Assembly (NCBI GenBank): GCA_016927565.1
Contig: JAFGMK010000019.1
Location: 1-57,242, forward strand
Direction: 5' to 3'
DNA: 57,242 bases
Origin: Minisyncoccota bacterium
GTDB taxonomy: Bacteria; Patescibacteriota; Microgenomatia; PFEM01; JAFGMK01
The translations under genes and the position numbers were made by a program. Shown in pieces: positions 18,358 through 27,032 of this stretch; within the stretch, counting starts at the first letter, position 1, and each line of letters begins with the position of its first letter. Below the pieces are notes generated by a model that searched no databases, was not told the origin of the DNA, and saw only the letters and a list, made by a program, of their open reading frames with translations.

Positions 18358-18475
18358 TTTTTTTCTGCATTAAGAGTATTTTTAGTCAAATTTTTTAATT
18401 CTGAAGGCGCTTGTGATTTTAACTGAAATCAAGGTTAATTGCAATTTGCGGGGCTTCCTGATATCCTGAATTCAA

Positions 18476-18865
18476 ATGTGGCGAGAGCGGACTAAAGGAT
18501 TGTTGGTAATTGTCACGATTGGTTTAATTGTTTTTGGCTTGGCTCATTATCTGACCTCCCATCGAAATGAGATATCTCAGGTTGATTTTAAGGTTTCACC
18601 GGCTAAGATGGAAGAAAGAATTCTCGGAACTATCAGCCGGTTGAGCGGCAAGAAAGAAGAGGAAATCAATCTCAAAGGTCCGGTTGAAGCCATTGAACAG
18701 CAGGCCGGTGAGTTAATTAATCAAATTAAACAATTGCCCCAAGAACAAATGGAGATAGTCAAAGAGCGGGTGGTCAATCAAATGTGCGCTGGCCTGATCG
18801 AAGAAAAAGCTAAAGAAGCTACTGATGGCGGAATTCAGGAAGATCAAAATGATACCGATGATTGA
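18476..18865 (+). CDS. hypothetical membrane-anchored acidic protein
   Basis: N-terminal TM helix, charged C-terminal region. Confidence 0.5.
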   Translation: MWRERTKGLLVIVTIGLIVFGLAHYLTSHRNEISQVDFKVSPAKMEERILGTISRLSGKKEEEINLKGPVEAIEQQAGELINQIKQLPQEQMEIVKERVVNQMCAGLIEEKAKEATDGGIQEDQNDTDD

Positions 18866-19880
18866 TTTGGATAATTTTAAAAAGCGCCTTCAGGTTTTGA
18901 AAGAAGGCTTGAATCTGCCCGGAAAGCAGGCCGAAATCAGACGCCTTGAGGCGGAAACAATGACGCCTGATTTTTGGGCTGACCAGAAAAAAGCCAGCCG
19001 GGAAATGAAAAAACTGGCTCATCTTCAGGAGGAGATAAGCGAGATCTTTAAGCTTGAGGAATTGATTAAAGCCAATCAGCTTGATCAAATTGAGGAAAGG
19101 CTTAAAAGGCTTGAGCTTAAGCTTTTTTTCTCCGGACCTTACGATTCTCTGCCGGCTCTTTTGTCAATTCACGCCGGCCAGGGCGGTGTCGAAGCAATGG
19201 ACTGGGCTTTAATGCTTCAGCGGATGTATCTTAAGTATTTTGACAGGAAGAAATGGACTTGGCGGCTTCTGGACGAAAGCCCGGGAGAAGAAGCGGGAAT
19301 TAAAAGCGTTTTAATCTTGGTTGATGAGCCTTTTGCCTACGGCTATCTTCATTTTGAGGCCGGTACTCATCGGCTGGTCCGTCAATCTCCTTTCAATGCC
19401 GATCAAAAAAGACAGACTTCTTTTGCCCTGGTCGAGGTTTTGCCTCAGATGAAAAAAGGCGAAGTAGAAATCAAAGACGATGATTTGGAATGGCAATTTT
19501 TTCGTTCTTCCACTCAGGGAGGCCAGAATGTTCAAAAAGTTTCCACTGCCGTTCGTTTGCGCCATAAGCCCAGCGATCTGGTGGTTACTTGTCAAACTCA
19601 GCGTTATCAAGAGCAAAACCGGAAAATTGCCCTCGAGTTATTATCCGCTAAGCTTTGGCAGCGACAGGAATTTTTAAAACACCGGGAGATGGAAAGATTA
19701 AAGAAAGGTCGGACTATGGCCGCCTGGGGAACTCAAATCCGTTCCTATGTCCTTCATCCCTACAAACAGGTTAAAGATGTCAGGACCGATGTGGAAACCA
19801 GCAATGCCGAGGCAGTGCTGGATGGCGATTTGGAAATTTTTATTGAAGCTGAGATTCACCGGCTTTCGAAAAGCAATTGA
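18849..19880 (+). CDS. prfB: peptide chain release factor 2
   Basis: SPF tripeptide (RQSPFN) and GGQ (STQGGQNVQK). Start ambiguous (18825, 18849 or 18858). No internal in-frame TGA, so no programmed +1 frameshift. Confidence 0.9.
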   Translation: MIPMIDLDNFKKRLQVLKEGLNLPGKQAEIRRLEAETMTPDFWADQKKASREMKKLAHLQEEISEIFKLEELIKANQLDQIEERLKRLELKLFFSGPYDSLPALLSIHAGQGGVEAMDWALMLQRMYLKYFDRKKWTWRLLDESPGEEAGIKSVLILVDEPFAYGYLHFEAGTHRLVRQSPFNADQKRQTSFALVEVLPQMKKGEVEIKDDDLEWQFFRSSTQGGQNVQKVSTAVRLRHKPSDLVVTCQTQRYQEQNRKIALELLSAKLWQRQEFLKHREMERLKKGRTMAAWGTQIRSYVLHPYKQVKDVRTDVETSNAEAVLDGDLEIFIEAEIHRLSKSN

Positions 19881-19889
19881 ATGAGATTA

Positions 19890-19999
19890 TTGAATAAAAA
19901 TTTTTTCACCGTTATCCTGAGCAAAGAGAAGGATTCTCCTCGGCGGGGATCTTTCGGCCTTTAGCCTCGGCATGACAATGGATTAAGACAATTATTCAA
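19890..19999. repeat. long imperfect inverted repeat downstream of prfB
   Basis: Outer arms TTGAATAA / TTATTCAA and inner arms CCGTTATCCTGAG / CTCGGCATGACAATGG. Confidence 0.3.
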
Positions 20000-20078
20000 C
20001 AAGTCTTATTGAGTCGGGGGTGTTTTTCTCCTGACGGCTATGCTATAGTTTATAAACGGAAGAAAGGAGGCCGGTTAA

Positions 20079-20612
20079 ATGGCGTTTTCAGAGTTTATGG
20101 CAGCTGAAAATCAAACAACAGGAATTAAAGCCGAAGCCCCGGAAAAAAAATTGCTTCATCAATTTGAAAAAGAAGATAAGGGTTGGTTTCAGGCAGTTAT
20201 TTTTGCTTTAGTAATTGTTCTCCTTCTTGGTGCCGGCGGTTTGACTGGTTTCTTTCTGGCCCGGAGAAGAACTGCCGGTCCGTTTTTGGACGGGGAAACA
20301 ACGGGTGAAGAAAGAAAGATTGTTTCCGGTCCTAACGAGGTGGGAATAAAGGATGAAACGGCTTTTCCCGATGATGCCGAAGGCAGGCTGGAGATTAATG
20401 ACTTTTCGCAAGTAGAAGAAGGTTCTCACAAACTGATCAGGCCTTACGGGGAGAGTCAGGCGGCTTATTTAAGTTCTACCGTAATTGACCTGAATCAATA
20501 TGTCGGCCAGTGTGTTAAGGTCTGGGGAGAAACTTTTTCTGCCCGCCAGGCAGGCTGGTTTCTGGATGTTGGTCGGCTCAAGGTTCTTGACCGTTGTCCT
20601 GAAGGGATATAG
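20079..20612 (+). CDS. hypothetical membrane-anchored protein
   Basis: AAAGGAGG RBS, one TM helix, soluble C-terminal domain. Confidence 0.55.
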   Translation: MAFSEFMAAENQTTGIKAEAPEKKLLHQFEKEDKGWFQAVIFALVIVLLLGAGGLTGFFLARRRTAGPFLDGETTGEERKIVSGPNEVGIKDETAFPDDAEGRLEINDFSQVEEGSHKLIRPYGESQAAYLSSTVIDLNQYVGQCVKVWGETFSARQAGWFLDVGRLKVLDRCPEGI

Positions 20613-20621
20613 TCATTTTCA

Positions 20622-21299
20622 ATGATCCGGTTTAAAAAAGTCTCCAAAAAATTTGGCGAAGTGACTGCCTTGGAGGAGGTTAATTTTGAAGTGGCGCCTC
20701 AGGAATTTGTTTTCTTGACCGGACCATCGGGTTCGGGGAAAACAACCCTTATCAGATTGATTACCCGGGAACTCCGGCCGACTTCGGGAGAAATTTTCGT
20801 TAACGATCTTAATCTTAACAATTTGCAAGGGCGGAACCTTTTTATTCTCCGCCGGCAGATCGGGGTTGTTTTCCAGGATTTTAAACTTTTGCTGGACCGG
20901 ACGATTAGGGAAAATGTGGCCTTAGTTTTAGAAGTGGCCGGCAAGGACATCAGCCGGAAAGATCGGGTAGAAGAAGTCCTGGAACAAGTCGGAATTTTGG
21001 AACAAGCTGATTTTTTCCCTTCCCAGTTGGCGGGCGGCGAGCTCCAACGGGCTTGCCTGGCTCGGGCTTTGGCGGCTGATCCGGAGATATTGATTGCTGA
21101 TGAACCCACCGGTAATCTGGATATTACAACTGCCTGGCAAATTATCAATCTTTTACAGGCGGCCAATCGTCAGGGCAAAACTGTTTTAGTGGCAACCCAT
21201 AATGTCGAGATCGTTGATTCCTTGAAAAGCCGGGTGATTGAGCTTGATAAGGGCCGGATTATAAGAGATGAAAAAAAAGGCGACTATCAAATAAAATGA
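20622..21299 (+). CDS. ftsE: cell-division ABC ATPase FtsE
   Basis: GPSGSGKTT, LAGGELQR and ILIADEPTG motifs; followed by ftsX. Confidence 0.9.
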   Translation: MIRFKKVSKKFGEVTALEEVNFEVAPQEFVFLTGPSGSGKTTLIRLITRELRPTSGEIFVNDLNLNNLQGRNLFILRRQIGVVFQDFKLLLDRTIRENVALVLEVAGKDISRKDRVEEVLEQVGILEQADFFPSQLAGGELQRACLARALAADPEILIADEPTGNLDITTAWQIINLLQAANRQGKTVLVATHNVEIVDSLKSRVIELDKGRIIRDEKKGDYQIK

Positions 21300-22168
21300 A
21301 AAAGATTTTAAGGACCAGCTGGCGCTATATCAGACGGTCTCCCTATCAGGCCCTGGCGGCTATCGGGATTATGAGCCTGACTCTTTATGCGGCCGCTGTT
21401 TTTGTTTTGATTGCCGCCGGCTCGGAAAAAATTTTAGTTCATTTTGAAGCCAGGCCTCAGGTAGTTGCTTTTTTAAAAGATGAAATGGAAAGATCCCAAA
21501 TTGACTCTTTGGTTTTAAAGCTGAAGGCAAGCAGCAAAATTTCTTCGGTGGTTTATGTCAGTAAGGAAGAGGCTTTAGAAATTTACCGCGAGCAAAACAA
21601 GAATGACCCGCTGTTGTTGGAGATGGTCAGTGCGGAGATTTTGCCCGCATCGTTGGAAGTGGCAACTAAGGAAATCTTCCAGCTCGAAGAAATTGCCGGA
21701 TTGCTGAGAAAAGAGCCGGGAGTGGAGGAGGTCAGTTTTCAGGAAGATGTTGTTCAGGTTCTCCAAAAAGCCATTACGAACATCAGGACCGGAGGTATAG
21801 TTTTAATCTCTTTTTTGGTGCTGGTTTCTTTTTCGGTTGTCTTGATGGTGATCGGAATGAAGGCCTCAAGCCGGAGGCGGGAAGTGAAAATCATGAAACT
21901 GGTAGGAGCGACCTCGGGTTATATTCGGGCTCCTTTTTTGCTGGAGGGTATTTTTTACGGGGTAACCAGCGCTTTTTTGGCCTGGGGAGCGGCCTATACT
22001 TCTCTTTTGTATGCAACTCCTTTTTTGATTAATTTCCTTTCCGGAATTGCCCTTCTGCCGGTTTCAGTGGTTTTTATGCTTTTGGTTTTGGCCGGCCTGC
22101 TTTTGGGAGGAGTAATTATTGGGACTTTAGGCAGTTTGATTGCCGTGAGAAGGTACTTGCGCCTTTAA
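21296..22168 (+). CDS. ftsX: cell-division permease-like protein FtsX
   Basis: TM1, large extracytoplasmic loop, three C-terminal TM helices; overlaps the ftsE stop. Confidence 0.85.
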   Translation: MKKILRTSWRYIRRSPYQALAAIGIMSLTLYAAAVFVLIAAGSEKILVHFEARPQVVAFLKDEMERSQIDSLVLKLKASSKISSVVYVSKEEALEIYREQNKNDPLLLEMVSAEILPASLEVATKEIFQLEEIAGLLRKEPGVEEVSFQEDVVQVLQKAITNIRTGGIVLISFLVLVSFSVVLMVIGMKASSRRREVKIMKLVGATSGYIRAPFLLEGIFYGVTSAFLAWGAAYTSLLYATPFLINFLSGIALLPVSVVFMLLVLAGLLLGGVIIGTLGSLIAVRRYLRL

Positions 22169-22173
22169 CCGCT

Positions 22174-23382
22174 GTGTTTTACTTTTTAAAAAAAATTCCG
22201 TTTTTCTTTATCCTTCTGCTTCTGGGCCTGGTCATTATTCTGAGACCGGATTATTCGTGGGCGATTACCCAAACTGAGTGTGAGCAAAAAGTCGGCCGGG
22301 AAGATTTGGATCTGGGTCAGTTGGAAGAGTGCCAGCGCCTTTTTGAAACTCTGATGGAAGCCGCTCAAAAGCAGGAAAGAGATTTGGGTTCGGAGGTGAA
22401 TCGTTTTAATAGCCAGATCTCGCTGACTAATACCCAGATTGCCCAGAAAAATGAACAAATCAAATTACTGGAGGAAGAGATTGAACTTTTGGCCGAAAGG
22501 GTAACCAGGCTGGATGAGGCTTTGGATAAAATTGCAATCCTGCTGGCGAGGCGGATAGAACAAAGTTATAAAAAGGGTAAAGCTGATCCGCTCCTCATTC
22601 TTTTTTCTTCTCAAAGTTTTCCTCAATTTTTGGCCCGATTTAAATATTTTCGGGTGGTTCAGCTTCATGATCAAAGATTGGCCATTCAGATGGCAGAAGC
22701 CAAAGAAAATTATCACCAGCAAAAAGAATTTAAGCAGGTTAAACAGGAAGAACTGGATCAGGTGAAGCAAAAGTTGGAGCTGGACCGGGAAAAGTTTTCC
22801 CGCCAAAAAAAAGACAAAGAAAGATTTTTAGCTGAAACCCAAGGCAACAAAGAACATTTCCGTCAGCTGCTGGCAGTTACCCGGGCTGAAGTGGACGCTA
22901 TCCAGCGAATCGCGGCCGGAGAGGGTGAATGCGCTCAGATGAGCCGGGTTAATCAGGGTGACAGGGTTGCCACTTTGATCAGTGGTCCTTCTGCCTGTTC
23001 AACCGGCACTCATCTTCATTTTGAGGTCAGGGAGGGGGATGAAGTCAGGAATCCGTTTTCCTACCTCCGGCCGATTACTCTTCTTGATGATTCCGGCGGT
23101 GATCCTCATCAGGCCAGCGGTGATTGGGAATGGCCGCTTAATGAACCGATCAGATTTAACCAGGGATTTGGGCCGGGAACAGCAGCGATTCGGGCCAGAA
23201 TTGTCTGGTATGATTTCCATACCGGCATTGATATTGTTTCTGAGCAGTTGACCGTCAAAGCGGTTAAACCCGGCGATCTCTATCGTTGTTCGATTCCCTG
23301 CGGGGGAGGAAATCTGAAATACGTTAAAGTTGACCATGAAGATTCAAATTTGAACAGCTACTATTTGCATGTCAATTATTAA
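22174..23382 (+). CDS. coiled-coil M23 peptidase (EnvC/PcsB-like), domain order apparently permuted
   Basis: Signal/TM, about 200 aa of heptad-rich sequence, then STGTHLHFEV (23011-23025) located upstream of HTGIDI (23218-23232). The ORF ends at YYLHVNY. Confidence 0.8.
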   Translation: MFYFLKKIPFFFILLLLGLVIILRPDYSWAITQTECEQKVGREDLDLGQLEECQRLFETLMEAAQKQERDLGSEVNRFNSQISLTNTQIAQKNEQIKLLEEEIELLAERVTRLDEALDKIAILLARRIEQSYKKGKADPLLILFSSQSFPQFLARFKYFRVVQLHDQRLAIQMAEAKENYHQQKEFKQVKQEELDQVKQKLELDREKFSRQKKDKERFLAETQGNKEHFRQLLAVTRAEVDAIQRIAAGEGECAQMSRVNQGDRVATLISGPSACSTGTHLHFEVREGDEVRNPFSYLRPITLLDDSGGDPHQASGDWEWPLNEPIRFNQGFGPGTAAIRARIVWYDFHTGIDIVSEQLTVKAVKPGDLYRCSIPCGGGNLKYVKVDHEDSNLNSYYLHVNY

Positions 23383-23433
23383 CCGTTAAGAAAATTAGGG
23401 ATTCAATAAAAAATAATAAATTAAAATGGAAGG

Positions 23434-24627
23434 ATGACTGCCCGGAAAATTATTCCTTACTTGAGAGGGTTTTTTTTTAACGATAAAAGATTCTGTTTAA
23501 TTTTTTTTTGGCTGATTTTCTTGTTTTCTTCTTTCCCGCAAATAGTTTCTGGCCAGCTGGTGATGAGTGAATTTTCTCCTTTAAGCTCCGAAGCTGATTG
23601 GGTGGAAATTTATAATTCAGGAGAAGAACCGGTTAATCTCGGGGAATATTTTTTAATTGACGCGGCCGGCAATCAGAATAATTTCCCGGCTTGCGATCTT
23701 TGTTCCCGGGGTTTTTTCTCTCTTGACTGGAATAATCGTCTTAATAATTCCGGTGACAGAATTATTCTGAAAAAAGGGGAGCTGGAAATTGATTGCGTGG
23801 CTTACAACAGCGGTCCGTTTTGCCGGGATCGGGAAATTGATTTACCTGATTTGAATGAAGAATTTCCTTACGGAGCCAGAAATTTTGATGATTCGGGTGA
23901 ATGGGTCAGAAGCGATCGGGCGGACAAAGCCGGTAACTCTGATTGTCAATTATTACCCAGCCCGAATCCTTCTCCTTTGCCGACAACGACTGCCGCGCCG
24001 ACCCCGACGATTGCTCCTGTCGCTACTCTTCCTTTGCCGACGCCCAGCCCGGTTCCGGTTACTGCTACCGGCAAAATTAATGAAGTAAAAAATGAAGCGG
24101 GGGTTATTGTCAATCAGGTTGAAATTTATCTTGACGGCGCCTACATTAACCATTGGGCGCCGGAAGTTTTGACTTTTGGTGAAAATCGATATTGCAACGA
24201 CGCCGGGACGGTTGCCTGTTCTTTGGGAAGCCATCTTATCAGTCTCGAAAAAAGCGGCTATGAAACTTGGCAGACGACGGTGGAAGTTGAGGCCGGCGAT
24301 TATTTTGAACTGGACCCGGTTTTGGCTGATTTAGAGCCGACTCCGCTCCCGAGTCCGACGGTTTTTCCCAGTGCCACTCCGACTCCTCCAATAACTCCAA
24401 TTGTTTTTTCCTCGCCGGCGCCAGCCGTTGAGTTGACCGGCCCGGCTGCCTCGGAAGCTTCTAAATCAAGCTTGAATTTTTTTCCCGAGGAAGCTTCGTC
24501 GGGCCAGAGTGATCAGAGTGAAAAAGGATCGGTCCTGGGAGAATCTGCTTCAACCAAAAGGCCCTTTTTCATTTTAGCCGGTTCGGGTTTGGTTTTAATC
24601 GGGCTGGCGCTGGCATTCTTCAGATAG
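23434..24627 (+). CDS. secreted lamin-tail-domain (LTD) / PEGA-like surface protein
   Basis: SEFSP..DWVEIYN..GDRIIL LTD motifs, Pro/Thr linkers, PEGA-like segment (YLDGAY..GSHLISLEKSGY). C-terminal LAGSG plus hydrophobic tail plus R. Confidence 0.7.
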   Translation: MTARKIIPYLRGFFFNDKRFCLIFFWLIFLFSSFPQIVSGQLVMSEFSPLSSEADWVEIYNSGEEPVNLGEYFLIDAAGNQNNFPACDLCSRGFFSLDWNNRLNNSGDRIILKKGELEIDCVAYNSGPFCRDREIDLPDLNEEFPYGARNFDDSGEWVRSDRADKAGNSDCQLLPSPNPSPLPTTTAAPTPTIAPVATLPLPTPSPVPVTATGKINEVKNEAGVIVNQVEIYLDGAYINHWAPEVLTFGENRYCNDAGTVACSLGSHLISLEKSGYETWQTTVEVEAGDYFELDPVLADLEPTPLPSPTVFPSATPTPPITPIVFSSPAPAVELTGPAASEASKSSLNFFPEEASSGQSDQSEKGSVLGESASTKRPFFILAGSGLVLIGLALAFFR

Positions 24628-24666
24628 ACTTTGTTATACTACTTGTTAAGTCTTTCGGGGTTTTAA

Positions 24667-25077
24667 ATGAAGGTTAAAACTTTCTTGGTAAACTGGGGGC
24701 CGCTTTGCTTTTGGGCAGGGTTGATTTTTTATCTTTCCTCAATTCCCAATCTTAAAACCAGTCAGGATCCTTTTTGGGATGAGCTGATCAGAAATTTTTT
24801 CCATTTTTTGTTCTATTTTATTTTAGCCCTTTTGGGGCGCCGGCCGCTTAATTCTTTGCCGGCGGGAAAAAAAGACATTCTGGGTTTAGCTCTGGTTTTT
24901 TTTTACTCCCTGACTGATGAGTTTCACCAGCACCTTGTCCCCACCCGGACCTTTCAGATAGCGGATCTTCTGATTGACAATTCAGGTTCTTTGCTGGCGG
25001 TTTTGTTTGCTCGATTTCTCTTGCCTCGGGCGCCGCGATTAATCAAAGACTGGGCTCAGAAACTGGCTCTGCTCTAG
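24667..25077 (+). CDS. VanZ-family membrane protein
   Basis: LTDEFHQ..P.R...ADLL.D..G motif, four TM helices. Confidence 0.8.
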   Translation: MKVKTFLVNWGPLCFWAGLIFYLSSIPNLKTSQDPFWDELIRNFFHFLFYFILALLGRRPLNSLPAGKKDILGLALVFFYSLTDEFHQHLVPTRTFQIADLLIDNSGSLLAVLFARFLLPRAPRLIKDWAQKLALL

Positions 25078-25110
25078 ATGATGTGGTATAAGAAAAGAAG
25101 GATTTGACCA

Positions 25111-25731
25111 ATGCATTTTCTTAAACCGGAAAAAATCGGCTTTTTTCTGCTTTTCCTGGGTCTGGGACTTTATTTTTATCTGACTGTGCCTTACGGGATC
25201 AGTTTGATCAAACTTGTTTCCCTCGCTGGTTCCGGGGTAAGTTATGCCCTTAAAGATCGTCAGGGTCTCAGCGGTGGGGAGTCAGTTTTGATTAAGCCGG
25301 TCTCAACTAATTTTGGCATAGTTATCACCAGATTGGGAATTAACCGGAAGATTACTCCCGAGGTTAATCTCTATGATCCTCAAAAATTGGCCGGTGCTTT
25401 AAGAGGGGGGCCGGCTCATGCCGGTCTTTCCGCTCTGCCCGGAGAGTTCGGCGCCGTTTTGCTGGTTGGCCATCCGTTGGATAGTTTTTTTAACTTCGCT
25501 CATTTTAACCCTGATTTTTATTTAATTGACAAGTTAGTCATCGGTGATGAGATTGTGATTTTTTACCATGGTTTTGAATATGTCTACCGGGTGACCAAAA
25601 AAGAATTGGTTCCTTCAAACTATCTGGATTTTTTTGATCCGGGCGAGGAAGACAAGCTGGTTTTAGTTTCCGGTTTTCCGCCCGGAATGGCTTTAAAATA
25701 CCGGGTGGTTGAGGCAGAGGAAATCAATTAG
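25111..25731 (+). CDS. sortase-fold homologue lacking the catalytic cysteine
   Basis: N-terminal TM, PGE..LLVGHP (His present), GDEIVIF..YVYRV. LVLVSGFPPG replaces L-x-T-C-x-P (Gly codon 25672-25674 at the Cys position). YRVV Arg retained. Confidence 0.65.
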   Translation: MHFLKPEKIGFFLLFLGLGLYFYLTVPYGISLIKLVSLAGSGVSYALKDRQGLSGGESVLIKPVSTNFGIVITRLGINRKITPEVNLYDPQKLAGALRGGPAHAGLSALPGEFGAVLLVGHPLDSFFNFAHFNPDFYLIDKLVIGDEIVIFYHGFEYVYRVTKKELVPSNYLDFFDPGEEDKLVLVSGFPPGMALKYRVVEAEEIN

Positions 25732-25753
25732 AAAAACTGCGCCTCTTGATTCG

Positions 25754-26389
25754 ATGCTAAAAAAAATTTTATTTTTACTGGTTTTTTTGAAAACCGCTTC
25801 GTCAGTTTGGGCGAATAGTTCTTTTATTTTTGCTGATCCGGTTTTCCGCCGGGCGTCTAATCAGTTTTCTCCCAACCAGTCGATTTATATCCGCCTCGAC
25901 ACTCAGGCGGCCGGCAGCGACCGGGCGGTTTTGCAGATTCTGGATGCCGCCAAAAAACCGGTTCAGAGCCGCAATCTGGCTCCGGCTGAATTGGACCCGG
26001 GTGTTTATCAGGCAGTTTTAACTGCTCCGGCGGCGGCCGGAATTTATTATCTTGATTTTAAGGCATCCGGGCCCGGTTTTTCTTTTGCCGCTCAGGAAAA
26101 TATTCAAGTCGGCTCCGGAGATCAGAGTCCGGTGGCAGTTGAGGTCCAGGCACAAAGCCGGATCGGTAATTTTGAGCCTGCCGTGCCGTTGTCGCCGGCT
26201 CCTTCTCCTGTGCCGACGGCCGAATCCGGGACCGCTGTCACCACTGAAGGCTGGCGGCCGGCCGAACCCGTCCCGATCGGCCCGCTGGCCCAGCCAACTG
26301 CCGCGCCGCCCCCGGGAGTCAGCACGATTAAAGTTTTCTTGAGTGATTTTTTCCGGAAGCTTTCTTTATGGCTGGCCCGCCTGGCTTGA
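25754..26389 (+). CDS. secreted hypothetical protein, Pro/Ala-rich C-terminal half
   Basis: Signal peptide MLKKILFLLVFLKTASSVWA from ATG 25754. Confidence 0.55.
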   Translation: MLKKILFLLVFLKTASSVWANSSFIFADPVFRRASNQFSPNQSIYIRLDTQAAGSDRAVLQILDAAKKPVQSRNLAPAELDPGVYQAVLTAPAAAGIYYLDFKASGPGFSFAAQENIQVGSGDQSPVAVEVQAQSRIGNFEPAVPLSPAPSPVPTAESGTAVTTEGWRPAEPVPIGPLAQPTAAPPPGVSTIKVFLSDFFRKLSLWLARLA

Positions 26390-26482
26390 CAATTGAGAAG
26401 AGTTGAATTATACTCGGCCTACCTTTTAAACAAAGAATCTTTTCAGTTTCCTGTTCTTTCTGCCCCAAACTTTTTTAAGACC

Positions 26483-26653
26483 ATGCCGATGACGAGTTCG
26501 TTATATTCCACCCAATCAGTTTCCAAAGAATTGTTAGCGGAAATCAAGAAAACTCTGGAAGGTTTGGACTTCGGCAGTTTAGAAGTTTATGTCGTCAATA
26601 ACCAGGTCACTCAAATTACTAAGCGCCAGATTAAGAAAACCGGTCAGAAGTAG
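26483..26653 (+). CDS. YezD/DUF2292-like small protein
   Basis: GSLEVYVVNNQVTQITKRQIKK resembles the DUF2292 core. The start is uncertain. Confidence 0.55.
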   Translation: MPMTSSLYSTQSVSKELLAEIKKTLEGLDFGSLEVYVVNNQVTQITKRQIKKTGQK

Positions 26654-26664
26654 GTTTTTCCTAC

Positions 26665-26694
26665 TTGACAAAAGTTTTCACAGGCGGTTATATT
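26665..26694 (+). promoter_or_regulatory. strong sigma70-like promoter
   Basis: TTGACA (26665-26670), 18 nt, TATATT (26689-26694). Confidence 0.55.
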
Positions 26695-26699
26695 AACCC

Positions 26700-26845
26700 A
26701 ACAATTTAAATAAAAAGGGCTGGCCGCAAACGGAAGCTGTTTTTATGTGGTTTTGAAGATGGACCAAAAAAACACTGCCGTTAGCGTTTATCAGTTTAGA
26801 TCAAATAGAACTTCTGGAACCTCGATTCTTGGATCGGGGTTTTTT
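26700..26845 (+). ncRNA. candidate small RNA or attenuated leader (unclassified)
   Basis: The promoter above plus an intrinsic terminator (CCTCGAT-TCTTGG-ATCGGGG followed by T6, 26820-26845). No convincing ORF or RBS. Confidence 0.3.
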
Positions 26846-26920
26846 CATGGCCAATTTTTATTAGTTGGGCAGGCAAGTCCTTTTTAAAAAAGGTCTGGCA
26901 AAGGCCTTGTCTGTAACTTG

Positions 26921-27008
26921 TCTTTTTGATCAATGGCTACGGAGGGCAGGCCCTCCCAGGCAAAGGTCTTCGGAGGGGGCAACCCTTCGGAGCAAGCGAT
27001 CAAAAAGA
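26921..27008 (+). promoter_or_regulatory. structured 5' leader immediately upstream of the RBS of the repeat-protein gene
   Basis: Closing helix TCTTTTTGATC / GATCAAAAAGA encloses hairpins GGAGGG-CAGG-CCCTCC and GAGGGG-GCAA-CCCTTC. RBS GGGAGGAGG at 27012-27020. Confidence 0.35.
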
Positions 27009-27032
27009 AACGGGAGGAGGTGAACAAATAAC

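Noticed and set aside
18825-19880. Programmed +1 frameshift in prfB
   Set aside because: The reading frame is continuous from the start region through the SPF and GGQ motifs, and there is no in-frame TGA slippery site.
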